Shown one piece after another: positions 52,308-61,427 of a stretch of 64,000 nt of DNA. A program made the translations under genes and the position numbers. Below the pieces are notes generated by a model. That model was given only the letters and a program-made list of their open reading frames with translations, was not told where the DNA came from and did not search any database. Each line of letters starts with the position of its first letter. The first letter of the stretch is position 1. Source of the stretch: an uncultured virus (IMG/VR IMGVR_UViG_3300025879_000013) (Duplodnaviria; Heunggongvirae; Uroviricota; Caudoviricetes); the IMG/VR virus record IMGVR_UViG_3300025879_000013; one strand, given 5' to 3'.

Positions 52308-55300
52308 TTAAATATCCTCAAATGATGCACCTGTCGGAGTAATTAAGAATTCAATATCGATGAATTCAAGTGCTCTCGTTGGTTTTAGATAAATTTTACC
52401 TGTTAAGGTATTTGAATCTAAATCTTCAGGTGTATTAGAAACTGTAACTCTAAAGTCAATCAAACCACGGTCTCTTCTGATTCCGTCTAAGATTGGGTTT
52501 ACAGAATCTAAGAACTCTTGTCTTACTTGCTCGTCATTCTGTTCGAATAATAATCTTACTGCTACTGCTGAGATTAGTTTACGTGCTTGTAATAACAATC
52601 TTCTTACGTTAATTCTATCAAGTGCTGACTCTCTAACCTGTAGAGTTTTGTTACCCCAAATTACTGTTCCCACATCTGAGAATGTTGCAATTGGGTTAAG
52701 TCTACCTTTATAAAGAATATCTCTGTCTTCTTGAGTCAACTTCTTACGTGCTTTAACAGCGTTTACCAAACCTCTTGTGTAACCCGCTGATGCGAACCAA
52801 GGGAACGCGATGTTATCCGTAAGTGCTAAGTTTCTTACTACTTCCGCTGTTGGTGGTAAATAAATTTGAGTGTTATTTACTGTATCTCTTGTTAAAATCC
52901 AAGGATAGTAAGTTGCCGAATAGTTAGAATCAATACCCGTTTCCTCTAAATTATCTACCGCTTCCTCAGGGTAAATAAAGTTAGTGTCAAAGTCACCTAA
53001 TGTTGGTGTAAACATTTGATAGTCAGGTGTAGTACAGATATAGATTGAATCCGCTCTATCTGTCTCAACCATATCAATAGCCTCTTCAATAAGATTTGAG
53101 TTATTAACGTAATCAATACCAGGTGTTGTAAACACATTAATATTAATTGCTTCAGGATTATGGAATGTATGTTGACCCCATAAGTAAGAATAGTAGTCAG
53201 TGTTACCCCACGTTAATTGGTCAGGTCCCGTAATTTGTTTAAACGCTCCCCATCCTGTAGAAGTAGGATAACTAATTGAAGGTGCAGCACCTTTTCTATA
53301 ACCCGCAGCCCCTAATTGGTATCTATCACCGTTAGTTCTATATTCTCTATAGATGTCCCATCCATCAAAACCACCTGAAGGTGCTAATGTAAACTTACGT
53401 GAATTAAGTTTGTAGTATGGGTTACTTTCATCTTGCGGTTCACCTCTAAACTCAGCTACACCAACCTCAAATGATGATTGACCTGAAGTTACGTAATCCG
53501 CAGGGATAGTAACGATTGTTGCTCCTGAATCCATGTGGAATCCTTTTGTAAGGTATGCCCATGGTTGTGAAGACGTTGCAGTTTTTAAGTTTAATGGATT
53601 TTGTTTTCCCTTGTATTGGAAGAAGTCAGAATCGATACCCATAGTGTTAGAAACACCTAAGTATACTTTTCTTACTTTGTCACCCGCAGCTCTTGTCTCA
53701 TTATCACTTCCTGAAGCGTTACCGAAAGGTGGATTAAAGATAACCTGACCTGGTCTGTAATACTCAGTCTTATATTCTAAGAATGGTGATTTAGAGCCTG
53801 AGTATTGTCTTGTTAAATACCCACGGAAACCACAAGGTAATGAATCTATTGGTGCGTCCTCATTCATTTCCAACATAATATATCTTGATTTTAATTCAAA
53901 ATCACCGTTAGCCGTACCTATCTTCTTAGCGACAAAACTATTTTGGTTAGGGTCCATCGTACAGTTGGTGAATTTTTCTAACACTACTGGATTTGCATCA
54001 GTGTCAAAGAAATCACGAACAACAATATCAAATGTTCCGTTATTAAATGAAATATTAATAATTGAAATTTTTACTTCTCTATTTGCTGAGTTACCATCTG
54101 ATACCGTTATAAATTTAAACATATTATATACCTGTGTTCCTCGTAATTCAGAAACAACATATGGAGTTTCAGGTGTTTGATATCTATCTAAATACCAACC
54201 AATACCTGTATTAGCAGTATCAGTTCTTGCACCATCTAAAGATAATAGGTCACAATCTAAACCTCTAATCATACCTTTTCTATATCCAATATTTAACATA
54301 GAGTAATACTCTTCCTCTAAGAATAATGGAACTTCAGTTCGTGGTTTTGCGAAGTTTGATTTACCAAATACTTTTGATATATAGTTAGAATCTGAAACGT
54401 TGAATGATGTTTTAAAATTAAATGTGTCACCATCATTAGTTATACCTGAAATTGCAAATGTTTCAAAAGGATTTTTTGTCACTGCTGAATATTCACCAGT
54501 ACAATCCATTAATACATCTGTTAATCCTGATACTTCATAAACAGGACCGTCATCAGTTGAATAAGTTGCAATACCTCTTGAACGTAAAGTTGCAACAACT
54601 AAGTTGTGATATTCACTCATTGGTGAACCTGTATAGTTTGTTAAGTATACAACTGCAGTTCCTGAATAATCATCACCAACTGTATTTGTTAATCCAGTTA
54701 CACCCATACCAAAACCAACACCACTATATACATTATTAGATTGACTAAATAATGCGTAATACCATGGGTCATTTTCAGATGCAGTTAAATCACAATTTTC
54801 AAATGAAATGTCATCAACCTCTAATACGTTAGTGTTTGCACTGTAGTTTGGTGTTGCACCTGTAACATCATCAAATGTAGATGCACTTACCGAACCCCAA
54901 AAATATGATGTTGAACCTGAAGATGATAGAGATACGATTTCACCGTAAAGTAAATCTTCCATATCACCCAATATTGTTGACTCACCACCCGTATAGGTTG
55001 TATAAGGGAAAGTGATTACATCTTCAATAGATGGAGGTAATGAGGTATAATTTGTCACAGAAATAGTTGTACTATCACCTGATGTTCCTGAGAACTCAAT
55101 AGTAAATGGACCTGCAACTGAAGTTGCGGTTGTTCCTGAACTATCTAAGTTACCTACTGTTTTTATAGACCATGAAGGTCCTGCGTCATACCCTGATAAA
55201 CCCAATACTCTCGTTACAAACAATTGATTTGATTGTTGTAAATATGCCTTTGCTATATAGGCAGCTTCGTACTTAGGAATTTGGGTGTTGACAAATTTTG

Positions 55301-55493
55301 TTGGATTTGTACCGCCAAAGTATGCTTGGTATTCATCATAGTTTGAGATGAAAATCGGCTCAAATGCTGGACCCGAAAGAGTTTCACCTACAATACCTAA
55401 TGTTGTTACACCGACACTTTGTGCTACAAAACTTAAATCTCTTTCAGATGTATAAACACCTGGAGAAACGAATACTTTGTTTGCTGTCGCCAT
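52308..55493 (-). CDS. Tail sheath protein (T4 gp18-like, 1061 aa)
   Basis: VFVSPGVYTSERDLS, PWFASAGYTRG, LYKGRLNPIATF, WGNKTLQ, RINVRRLL, KPTRALEFIDIEF. Confidence 0.95.
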   Translation of the reverse strand: MATANKVFVSPGVYTSERDLSFVAQSVGVTTLGIVGETLSGPAFEPIFISNYDEYQAYFGGTNPTKFVNTQIPKYEAAYIAKAYLQQSNQLFVTRVLGLSGYDAGPSWSIKTVGNLDSSGTTATSVAGPFTIEFSGTSGDSTTISVTNYTSLPPSIEDVITFPYTTYTGGESTILGDMEDLLYGEIVSLSSSGSTSYFWGSVSASTFDDVTGATPNYSANTNVLEVDDISFENCDLTASENDPWYYALFSQSNNVYSGVGFGMGVTGLTNTVGDDYSGTAVVYLTNYTGSPMSEYHNLVVATLRSRGIATYSTDDGPVYEVSGLTDVLMDCTGEYSAVTKNPFETFAISGITNDGDTFNFKTSFNVSDSNYISKVFGKSNFAKPRTEVPLFLEEEYYSMLNIGYRKGMIRGLDCDLLSLDGARTDTANTGIGWYLDRYQTPETPYVVSELRGTQVYNMFKFITVSDGNSANREVKISIINISFNNGTFDIVVRDFFDTDANPVVLEKFTNCTMDPNQNSFVAKKIGTANGDFELKSRYIMLEMNEDAPIDSLPCGFRGYLTRQYSGSKSPFLEYKTEYYRPGQVIFNPPFGNASGSDNETRAAGDKVRKVYLGVSNTMGIDSDFFQYKGKQNPLNLKTATSSQPWAYLTKGFHMDSGATIVTIPADYVTSGQSSFEVGVAEFRGEPQDESNPYYKLNSRKFTLAPSGGFDGWDIYREYRTNGDRYQLGAAGYRKGAAPSISYPTSTGWGAFKQITGPDQLTWGNTDYYSYLWGQHTFHNPEAININVFTTPGIDYVNNSNLIEEAIDMVETDRADSIYICTTPDYQMFTPTLGDFDTNFIYPEEAVDNLEETGIDSNYSATYYPWILTRDTVNNTQIYLPPTAEVVRNLALTDNIAFPWFASAGYTRGLVNAVKARKKLTQEDRDILYKGRLNPIATFSDVGTVIWGNKTLQVRESALDRINVRRLLLQARKLISAVAVRLLFEQNDEQVRQEFLDSVNPILDGIRRDRGLIDFRVTVSNTPEDLDSNTLTGKIYLKPTRALEFIDIEFLITPTGASFEDI

Positions 55494-55578
55494 TGTTAAA
55501 TAATTTCTTAAGTTTTATTTTTAGATAAATATTACTAAAAACATCAAAAAACTAATAGTGTGAGGTTATATTTATAAA

Positions 55579-55613
55579 GAGTAGGAAAAAAGTCTACCTT
55601 TTTTCTACCTTTT
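55579..55613 (+). promoter_or_regulatory. Putative operator: CTACCTTTT direct repeats 11 bp apart plus an imperfect inverted copy
   Basis: gagtaggaaaaaagtCTACCTTTTttCTACCTTTT between a TATTTATA motif and the 49-aa ORF. Confidence 0.4.
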
Positions 55614-55625
55614 AAAAAAACACCG

Positions 55626-55775
55626 ATGAGTAAAATAAAAAACATAAAAATTTCACCAGAGTCTCATGAACTACTAAAAAAATACTGTGAAAAACACGGT
55701 TTGAAAATGTATAAGTTTTTAGAAAAATTGATTGAGGAAAACTGTGAAGAAGTTACAGATATTTACGGTGAGTAA
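55626..55775 (+). CDS. Small ribbon-helix-helix-like DNA-binding protein (49 aa, not in the ORF track)
   Basis: MSKIKNIKISPESHELLKKYCEKHGLKMYKFLEKLIEENCEEVTDIYGE: alternating strand, helix, G turn, helix; has its own TATTTATA motif. Confidence 0.65.
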   Translation: MSKIKNIKISPESHELLKKYCEKHGLKMYKFLEKLIEENCEEVTDIYGE

Positions 55776-56899
55776 ATACATGAACCATCATCTCTATTTG
55801 CACTAGGATTATAGTTAATAGCATTTGGGTCAACACAACCCGATATAACTACAGTCTTACTAAGAAGTCTTGCTTTACTAAATAAATTAGCACTTTTAGT
55901 CACATCATTTTTTACTACTTCAATTTTAATAACATCATTAGTTGATATTTTAATAACACTAACATCATCACCAATGTAGTTGTTATTTATATAAACAGAA
56001 TAACTGTCAACATTATCAGTTTCTATAATAGATAAGTCTACTTCATATCTATATGTTTCAGACAACTCTGTAATACCCTGAGGAAAAACAATGTTTAAAT
56101 CAAAATTAGTAGGGTTTGCAGGTTCTTTCTTAACTCTTCTTTTAACATTAAAAGTATCGACCTCTAAAAACGTTGCTGTTCTTGAAATTGCTGGCGACAC
56201 TTCAAACTCTTCTTCATCTAAAAGAAATCCCATCATTAAAAATTCATAGTTTTGAACGTAGTATTTTCTTTTCTCAATATCTAATACAGACTCATCTGAA
56301 GAGTTGTTTAATATAATAGGAATATAATGTCCTTTAACATGAGTATACGCTTGACGAGATGAAAACTTTTGTAAAACCTTTTTATTAAATTCATTCAAGT
56401 GTCTCATCTTATTACAAAATATTTTTACATTATATGTAATATCTACAGGAACTGGTTGAGGTATTTTGTATATATCAACACCTTTTCTTTGTCCGTCCCA
56501 TGTTGGAACTTTGGCATAATAAAATTGTTTCCTATTTGGAATTGTGTATTGTAACGATGGGTTGGTTCCAAATTTTACATCAGGGTTTCTAACCGTAGCA
56601 ATAAATGGTGGTTTAATGTTTTTATCTAAATCTTGGAAATTCCAACTTTCAGTAAATTGAGCCCAATTCTGTGTTGTTATTATTAAATCTACTGTGGGTA
56701 TTTTTTTACCACTAACCGTGGTTTCTAATTCTTCCTTTACAAAATCTAACATACCTCGGTCTAAATCTGCATGAAGAATTGACTTAGGTAAATAAGTTCC
56801 ATCCTCCTGAATTTCTTCTAATAACTCCTCTCGCCTTTGTAAAAGAATTTTATCAGGTGTTAGAGGTAAATGTTTTTTTATTTTTTTAGGTAACGCCAT
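55763..56899 (-). CDS. Tail completion/terminator-like protein with C-terminal GCxD..DDGSC module
   Basis: Position between neck and sheath genes; PVPVDITYNVKIF; tail GCVDPNAINYNPSANRDDGSCIY. Confidence 0.55.
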   Translation of the reverse strand: MALPKKIKKHLPLTPDKILLQRREELLEEIQEDGTYLPKSILHADLDRGMLDFVKEELETTVSGKKIPTVDLIITTQNWAQFTESWNFQDLDKNIKPPFIATVRNPDVKFGTNPSLQYTIPNRKQFYYAKVPTWDGQRKGVDIYKIPQPVPVDITYNVKIFCNKMRHLNEFNKKVLQKFSSRQAYTHVKGHYIPIILNNSSDESVLDIEKRKYYVQNYEFLMMGFLLDEEEFEVSPAISRTATFLEVDTFNVKRRVKKEPANPTNFDLNIVFPQGITELSETYRYEVDLSIIETDNVDSYSVYINNNYIGDDVSVIKISTNDVIKIEVVKNDVTKSANLFSKARLLSKTVVISGCVDPNAINYNPSANRDDGSCIYSP

Positions 56900-57459
56900 T
56901 ATCTTTTTATTTCACTAATAAAAAATACTTTATTTTTTGAATTAACCATTTCTACTTCTTTTGCATTATAGATTGGTTCTTCGGTGTCTTTCATAACAAA
57001 TGAATCGTATTTGTATGGATTATAAGTTACAATATTGCTATTTGGTTCATCAGGCATGTTTTTACAAGGATAGTCACAATAATCAACTAACGTCCCAATA
57101 ACAAAAGCATGGACATTTTTTGATTTCTCTCTTCTAACTTTACTCATACCCCCTTGTCTTACTCTAAACTCAACATCTTCTAGTTTAACAAAATCTGCGT
57201 GTTTGATAACTTTACCTTTGTATTGAATTGAAAAAGTATGTTTATGTAGATTATAGTAGACCATTACCTTTTTACCTATGTAATTGTCTTCCTCATTATT
57301 ATTACCACACTTATGACAAATGTATGGGTCGTCACCACCATCACTTAAATCCCAAGACCATCCGCAGTTATCACATATAACTTTATTATCAACAATATCT
57401 TCACATAAATAAGACATTCTTTTTTTAATAAATTTTATTTCATTAATTAAACGACTCAT
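56899..57459 (-). CDS. Zn-ribbon plus conserved phage domain (186 aa)
   Basis: CDNCGW...CHKCG, then VYYNLHK...KNVHAFVIG...TYNPYK. Confidence 0.65.
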   Translation of the reverse strand: MSRLINEIKFIKKRMSYLCEDIVDNKVICDNCGWSWDLSDGGDDPYICHKCGNNNEEDNYIGKKVMVYYNLHKHTFSIQYKGKVIKHADFVKLEDVEFRVRQGGMSKVRREKSKNVHAFVIGTLVDYCDYPCKNMPDEPNSNIVTYNPYKYDSFVMKDTEEPIYNAKEVEMVNSKNKVFFISEIKR

Positions 57460-57971
57460 ATTCCTCTAAATTCTCCATCATTAACAGGTGCTGCGGTAAT
57501 ACTTCTATAAAAAGGTTTATACCCACCATAAGTATGTTTATTGTCACTTACCACTCTACCGTCATTAACAACAGAATAATATCTAACTCTTTTTTCAGTT
57601 TCGTAATATCCAATATAATCACCATATGAAATATCAATACCTAATTCATCTAACGCATTTTGATACACACCAACTTTTAAATTACCAGGTTCCATTTGTG
57701 TCATACGAGAATTTGCATAGTCTTGATTCTCAGGTTGCTCAATAGTTACATAACCCCTGAACTCTACAGGTGGTAAAAACTTTATACCATCATCTTCGGT
57801 TTCACCATACACATCGTCCGTCTTAGTTTTTTGACGGTCAACACGATACAACACCAAAGTGAAGTTCATATCACCTTCAAGCCATTCACGTCCCATTTCT
57901 TGCTCTAACGCAAAATCTTCGGACCCGAAAAACTTTTCTAATCTTGTAATTGGTATCTTTCTTGAGCTCAT
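57456..57971 (-). CDS. Head-closure/neck protein (T4 gp14-like)
   Basis: LYRVD...DDVYGE....F.PPVE pattern and position next to the tail completion gene. Confidence 0.55.
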   Translation of the reverse strand: MSSRKIPITRLEKFFGSEDFALEQEMGREWLEGDMNFTLVLYRVDRQKTKTDDVYGETEDDGIKFLPPVEFRGYVTIEQPENQDYANSRMTQMEPGNLKVGVYQNALDELGIDISYGDYIGYYETEKRVRYYSVVNDGRVVSDNKHTYGGYKPFYRSITAAPVNDGEFRGI

Positions 57972-58017
57972 ATGTTGATAAATAGTTTGATAATAGTTAT
58001 ATTATAAATATTTCGCT

Positions 58018-59781
58018 ATGCAAAGTAATAAAGATAAATTATCAAAAATACCTGAGGTTAGAGCACAACGTATATTAGAAGACTACGAAGGGTTCAATAA
58101 TTATATACTCGGTATAAAGAAAAAAAGTGTAAAACAAAAACACTTTAAGATTACTCGTGCCCAAGCGGATTACATCAACACTTACCACGAAAAGGTCCCT
58201 AAGATAGCAAGAAAGTGGGTTGACCTTGACAGTTACTTCGGTAAAAAGATGATGGAAGAAAAACTATTAACCAAAATACCTGAAAAAATATACGTTGAAA
58301 AAATATTGGTGGAAAAGGATAAATCATTCCATATTTGGGGTAAAGTTTTTGAAAATCAACAATTACATGATTTTTGGTTGCCAAAAGTTGCTTTAATACC
58401 AACACAAAATGTTAAAGAGGTTTCAATTGATTATGAAAAATATTCTCATCGACCACCCCTGTCTCACCAAAAAGAAGCAATAGAAACATTAGCGTCTCAC
58501 GACAAATATATTCTTGCTGATGACATGGGATTAGGTAAAACCACATCTACTGTGATTGCAGCCTTAGAGTCAGGGGCGGAGAGGGTATTAATTGTGTGTC
58601 CCGCATCTTTGAAAATAAATTGGATGAGGGAGATTGAAAATTATACAGACAAATCCATTTCAATAATTGAAGGGAAAAAATGGGAATCCGCTGATTTTGT
58701 TATTATTAACTACGACATTTTAAAGAATTTTCACGATATCAAAAACAAAGAAGAATCAATCATTATGCAAGAAGGTTTTGATTTAGTTGTTGTTGATGAA
58801 GCACATTATATTCAAAATGTCCAAGCTAAAAGAACAAAGTTAATTAATGATATTATCAACAGAATCGGTAAGGTGTGGTTATTAACGGGGACCCCTATGA
58901 CCTCACGACCAATTAATTATTATAACTTACTTAATTTGGTTGAGTCACCAGTGGCTTATAATTGGATGGCGTATGTTATTCGTTATTGTGAGGGATACCA
59001 ATTTAATGTGGGTAGTAGAAAAGTGTGGAATGTAAACGGTTCGTCAAATCTTTTAGAATTGAGGGACCGAACAAAAACACACGTTTTAAGAAGACTAAAA
59101 GAAGACATCTTAGATTTACCTGATAAAATTTTGACACCTGTTTATTTAAATTTAAAGTCAAAAGAATATGAAGAATTGATGGGTGAGTATTATGATTGGA
59201 TAGAAGATGAAAGTGAAAAGAAATCTCTTACCGTTCAATTTTCAAAACTTATGAAAGTTCGTCAGGTAATTGCGGAGAATAAAATAAAAGAAACTTGTGA
59301 AATCGCAGAGAACATTATTGAACAAGGTAAGAAAGTAATCATCTTTACAAACTTTACTGATACCTTAAATCAAATTGCTAACCATTTTGGTAAGTCTGCA
59401 GTTAAACTTGATGGTAAAATGAGTAAACCAGCTCGTCAACACTCTGTTGACCAATTTCAAGAAAACGACAAAATAAAAGTGTTTGTTGGAAACTTGAAAG
59501 CGGCTGGTGTTGGTATAACATTAACCGCAGCAGAGGCGGTAATAATGAATGACCTATCGTTTGTCCCGTCAGACCACTCACAAGCAGAAGACAGAGCCTA
59601 TCGTTACGGACAAAAATCAAACGTGTCCGTTTTTTATCCAATTTTTGAAAATTCAATCGAAGGTATTATCTATGACATATTGTCTCAAAAAAAGAACATA
59701 TTTGAGACAGTTATGGGTGATAACGAAGGGAAAGGTGATATTATGGAAGAAATCATCAATGAAATTTCAGTTAGAAGGTAA
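58018..59781 (+). CDS. SNF2-family helicase/translocase
   Basis: ILADDMGLGKT, VVDEAH, LTGTP, AAGVGITLT, QAEDRAYRYGQ. Confidence 0.92.
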   Translation: MQSNKDKLSKIPEVRAQRILEDYEGFNNYILGIKKKSVKQKHFKITRAQADYINTYHEKVPKIARKWVDLDSYFGKKMMEEKLLTKIPEKIYVEKILVEKDKSFHIWGKVFENQQLHDFWLPKVALIPTQNVKEVSIDYEKYSHRPPLSHQKEAIETLASHDKYILADDMGLGKTTSTVIAALESGAERVLIVCPASLKINWMREIENYTDKSISIIEGKKWESADFVIINYDILKNFHDIKNKEESIIMQEGFDLVVVDEAHYIQNVQAKRTKLINDIINRIGKVWLLTGTPMTSRPINYYNLLNLVESPVAYNWMAYVIRYCEGYQFNVGSRKVWNVNGSSNLLELRDRTKTHVLRRLKEDILDLPDKILTPVYLNLKSKEYEELMGEYYDWIEDESEKKSLTVQFSKLMKVRQVIAENKIKETCEIAENIIEQGKKVIIFTNFTDTLNQIANHFGKSAVKLDGKMSKPARQHSVDQFQENDKIKVFVGNLKAAGVGITLTAAEAVIMNDLSFVPSDHSQAEDRAYRYGQKSNVSVFYPIFENSIEGIIYDILSQKKNIFETVMGDNEGKGDIMEEIINEISVRR

Positions 59782-59798
59782 AAATTGATTCTCTGTGT

Positions 59799-59813
59799 TA
59801 TTTATATAGAAAA
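59799..59813 (+). promoter_or_regulatory. TATTTAT promoter-like motif (representative, upstream of sod)
   Basis: TATTTATATAGAAAA is identical at 59799 and 61407; the core recurs before about 15 genes. Confidence 0.65.
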
Positions 59814-59821
59814 TAACAAAT

Positions 59822-61387
59822 ATGAAGTTCAGAAGATTAGAAGAAAAAATCTCATTAATTGAACATAAAATTAATCAAAGCCAAGACACTCAAACACTAT
59901 TGAGAGAAATGTCTGAGCAAATCCCTAAAGAAATTTTAACTGAAATGAAAAAAATTGGTATTGAAAAATTGCCTTACTCCTATTCTGCCCTCGAAAGATT
60001 CATAGACGCAGATACTATGGACACACACTACAACAAACACTACAAAGGGTATGTAAAAAAATTAAATGACGCTCTTTCAAAAAGAAAAGACGGTGATTTA
60101 GAATTAGAACAAATCATAAAAGGTATCTCAAGATACAACACAACAATTAGAAATAACGCTGGTGGGGCGTTTAATCACGCACTATTTTGGAAAATGTTAT
60201 CGCCTAAAAAACAAAGAGCACAGGGTGAAGTTTATGAAAAAATTGTTAAAGATTTTGAAAACTTTTCTAAATTTAAATCAATATTCAGTAATGAAGCTAA
60301 GAAAAGATTCGGTTCTGGATGGGTATGGTTAGTATTAACCAAATCAAATAGATTAAAAATTATGTCTACACCTAATCAAGATAACCCATTGATGAATATA
60401 GTTAAAGATGGTGGTTTCCCAATTTTAGGTTTAGACGTATGGGAACACGCATATTATTTAAAGTATAAAAATAAAAGAGATGATTATATTAGAAACTTTT
60501 GGTCCGTTATTAATTGGGATTTTGTTAATGACTTATATAAGTTGAGGACAGAAAAAAAAATTAATGAAGTAAAAAAAGTTAAAAGTATAATTAATGAAGG
60601 TGCAAGTGCAGGGTGTAATCGAAATCAAGTTCAGACATACCGAAGATTATTCAACACAAACCCTGAAATTAAAAAAAGATTTATGTTTACAATTATGGAC
60701 ATATTAAAAGAAGTTTTTGCTGACCACTGGTACGAAAAAAATCAATATAGTCAGGGTCAAATGTCGGGGGTTTATGATTATGAACAAAAAGGTCGTTCTG
60801 TTATAAACAAATTAAACACTAATTACACGGCATTTTGTACATTAGTTAATGACATAAATCAGTTCCTAAGAAATTATGGAATTGATGCAATTAATTTTAA
60901 CAATAAAAATAATCATGCACAAGTTAAAGAAGTTGATAGATTAAACAAATATTTAGTAGAATTAAGATATAGAATATTTGATAGTCAATCTTCAACATTT
61001 AAAACATTAATGGCTGGTTTAGATAAGACTAATAAATTTGGTGATAAACGAGAAGTGGACGCGGTTGTTGGTCTTAAAGATATCTTTAAAACAGACAAAG
61101 TTACTAAAGTCGGTGAATTAGGTGGTGTTGATGATATGATTGGTGGTGTAGACGCAATTGTTGAACTACCTGAAGGAACTAAAACAATGCAAATAAAACC
61201 ATATAACGATGTTAAGAAAGTTAATGGTAAAGTCACTGTTTACGGAACTGGTAATGTAAAACCGTATACTACTGATTTCTTAGTATTTCATAATAATAAA
61301 TTAGGGACTATAGTATTTGACAACTCAAATACAAAAATTATTGACGGTCGATACGTGTTTGACGAATCCGCGGAGTATACAAAGTAA
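59822..61387 (+). CDS. sod: Fe/Mn superoxide dismutase (Mn-type signature) with N-terminal leader and C-terminal nuclease-like extension
   Basis: LPYSYSALE, HYNKH, NNAGGAFNHALFW, FGSGWVWL, TPNQDNP, DVWEHAYY; about 270 extra C-terminal residues. Confidence 0.9.
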   Translation: MKFRRLEEKISLIEHKINQSQDTQTLLREMSEQIPKEILTEMKKIGIEKLPYSYSALERFIDADTMDTHYNKHYKGYVKKLNDALSKRKDGDLELEQIIKGISRYNTTIRNNAGGAFNHALFWKMLSPKKQRAQGEVYEKIVKDFENFSKFKSIFSNEAKKRFGSGWVWLVLTKSNRLKIMSTPNQDNPLMNIVKDGGFPILGLDVWEHAYYLKYKNKRDDYIRNFWSVINWDFVNDLYKLRTEKKINEVKKVKSIINEGASAGCNRNQVQTYRRLFNTNPEIKKRFMFTIMDILKEVFADHWYEKNQYSQGQMSGVYDYEQKGRSVINKLNTNYTAFCTLVNDINQFLRNYGIDAINFNNKNNHAQVKEVDRLNKYLVELRYRIFDSQSSTFKTLMAGLDKTNKFGDKREVDAVVGLKDIFKTDKVTKVGELGGVDDMIGGVDAIVELPEGTKTMQIKPYNDVKKVNGKVTVYGTGNVKPYTTDFLVFHNNKLGTIVFDNSNTKIIDGRYVFDESAEYTK

Positions 61388-61427
61388 AGAAATGTTGTTT
61401 TCTTAATATTTATATAGAAAACACATT

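Noticed and set aside
24277..55493. Bacterial T6SS/eCIS or tailocin locus
   Set aside because: Interleaved with phage replication genes, neck proteins and a family-B polymerase, so it is a phage genome.
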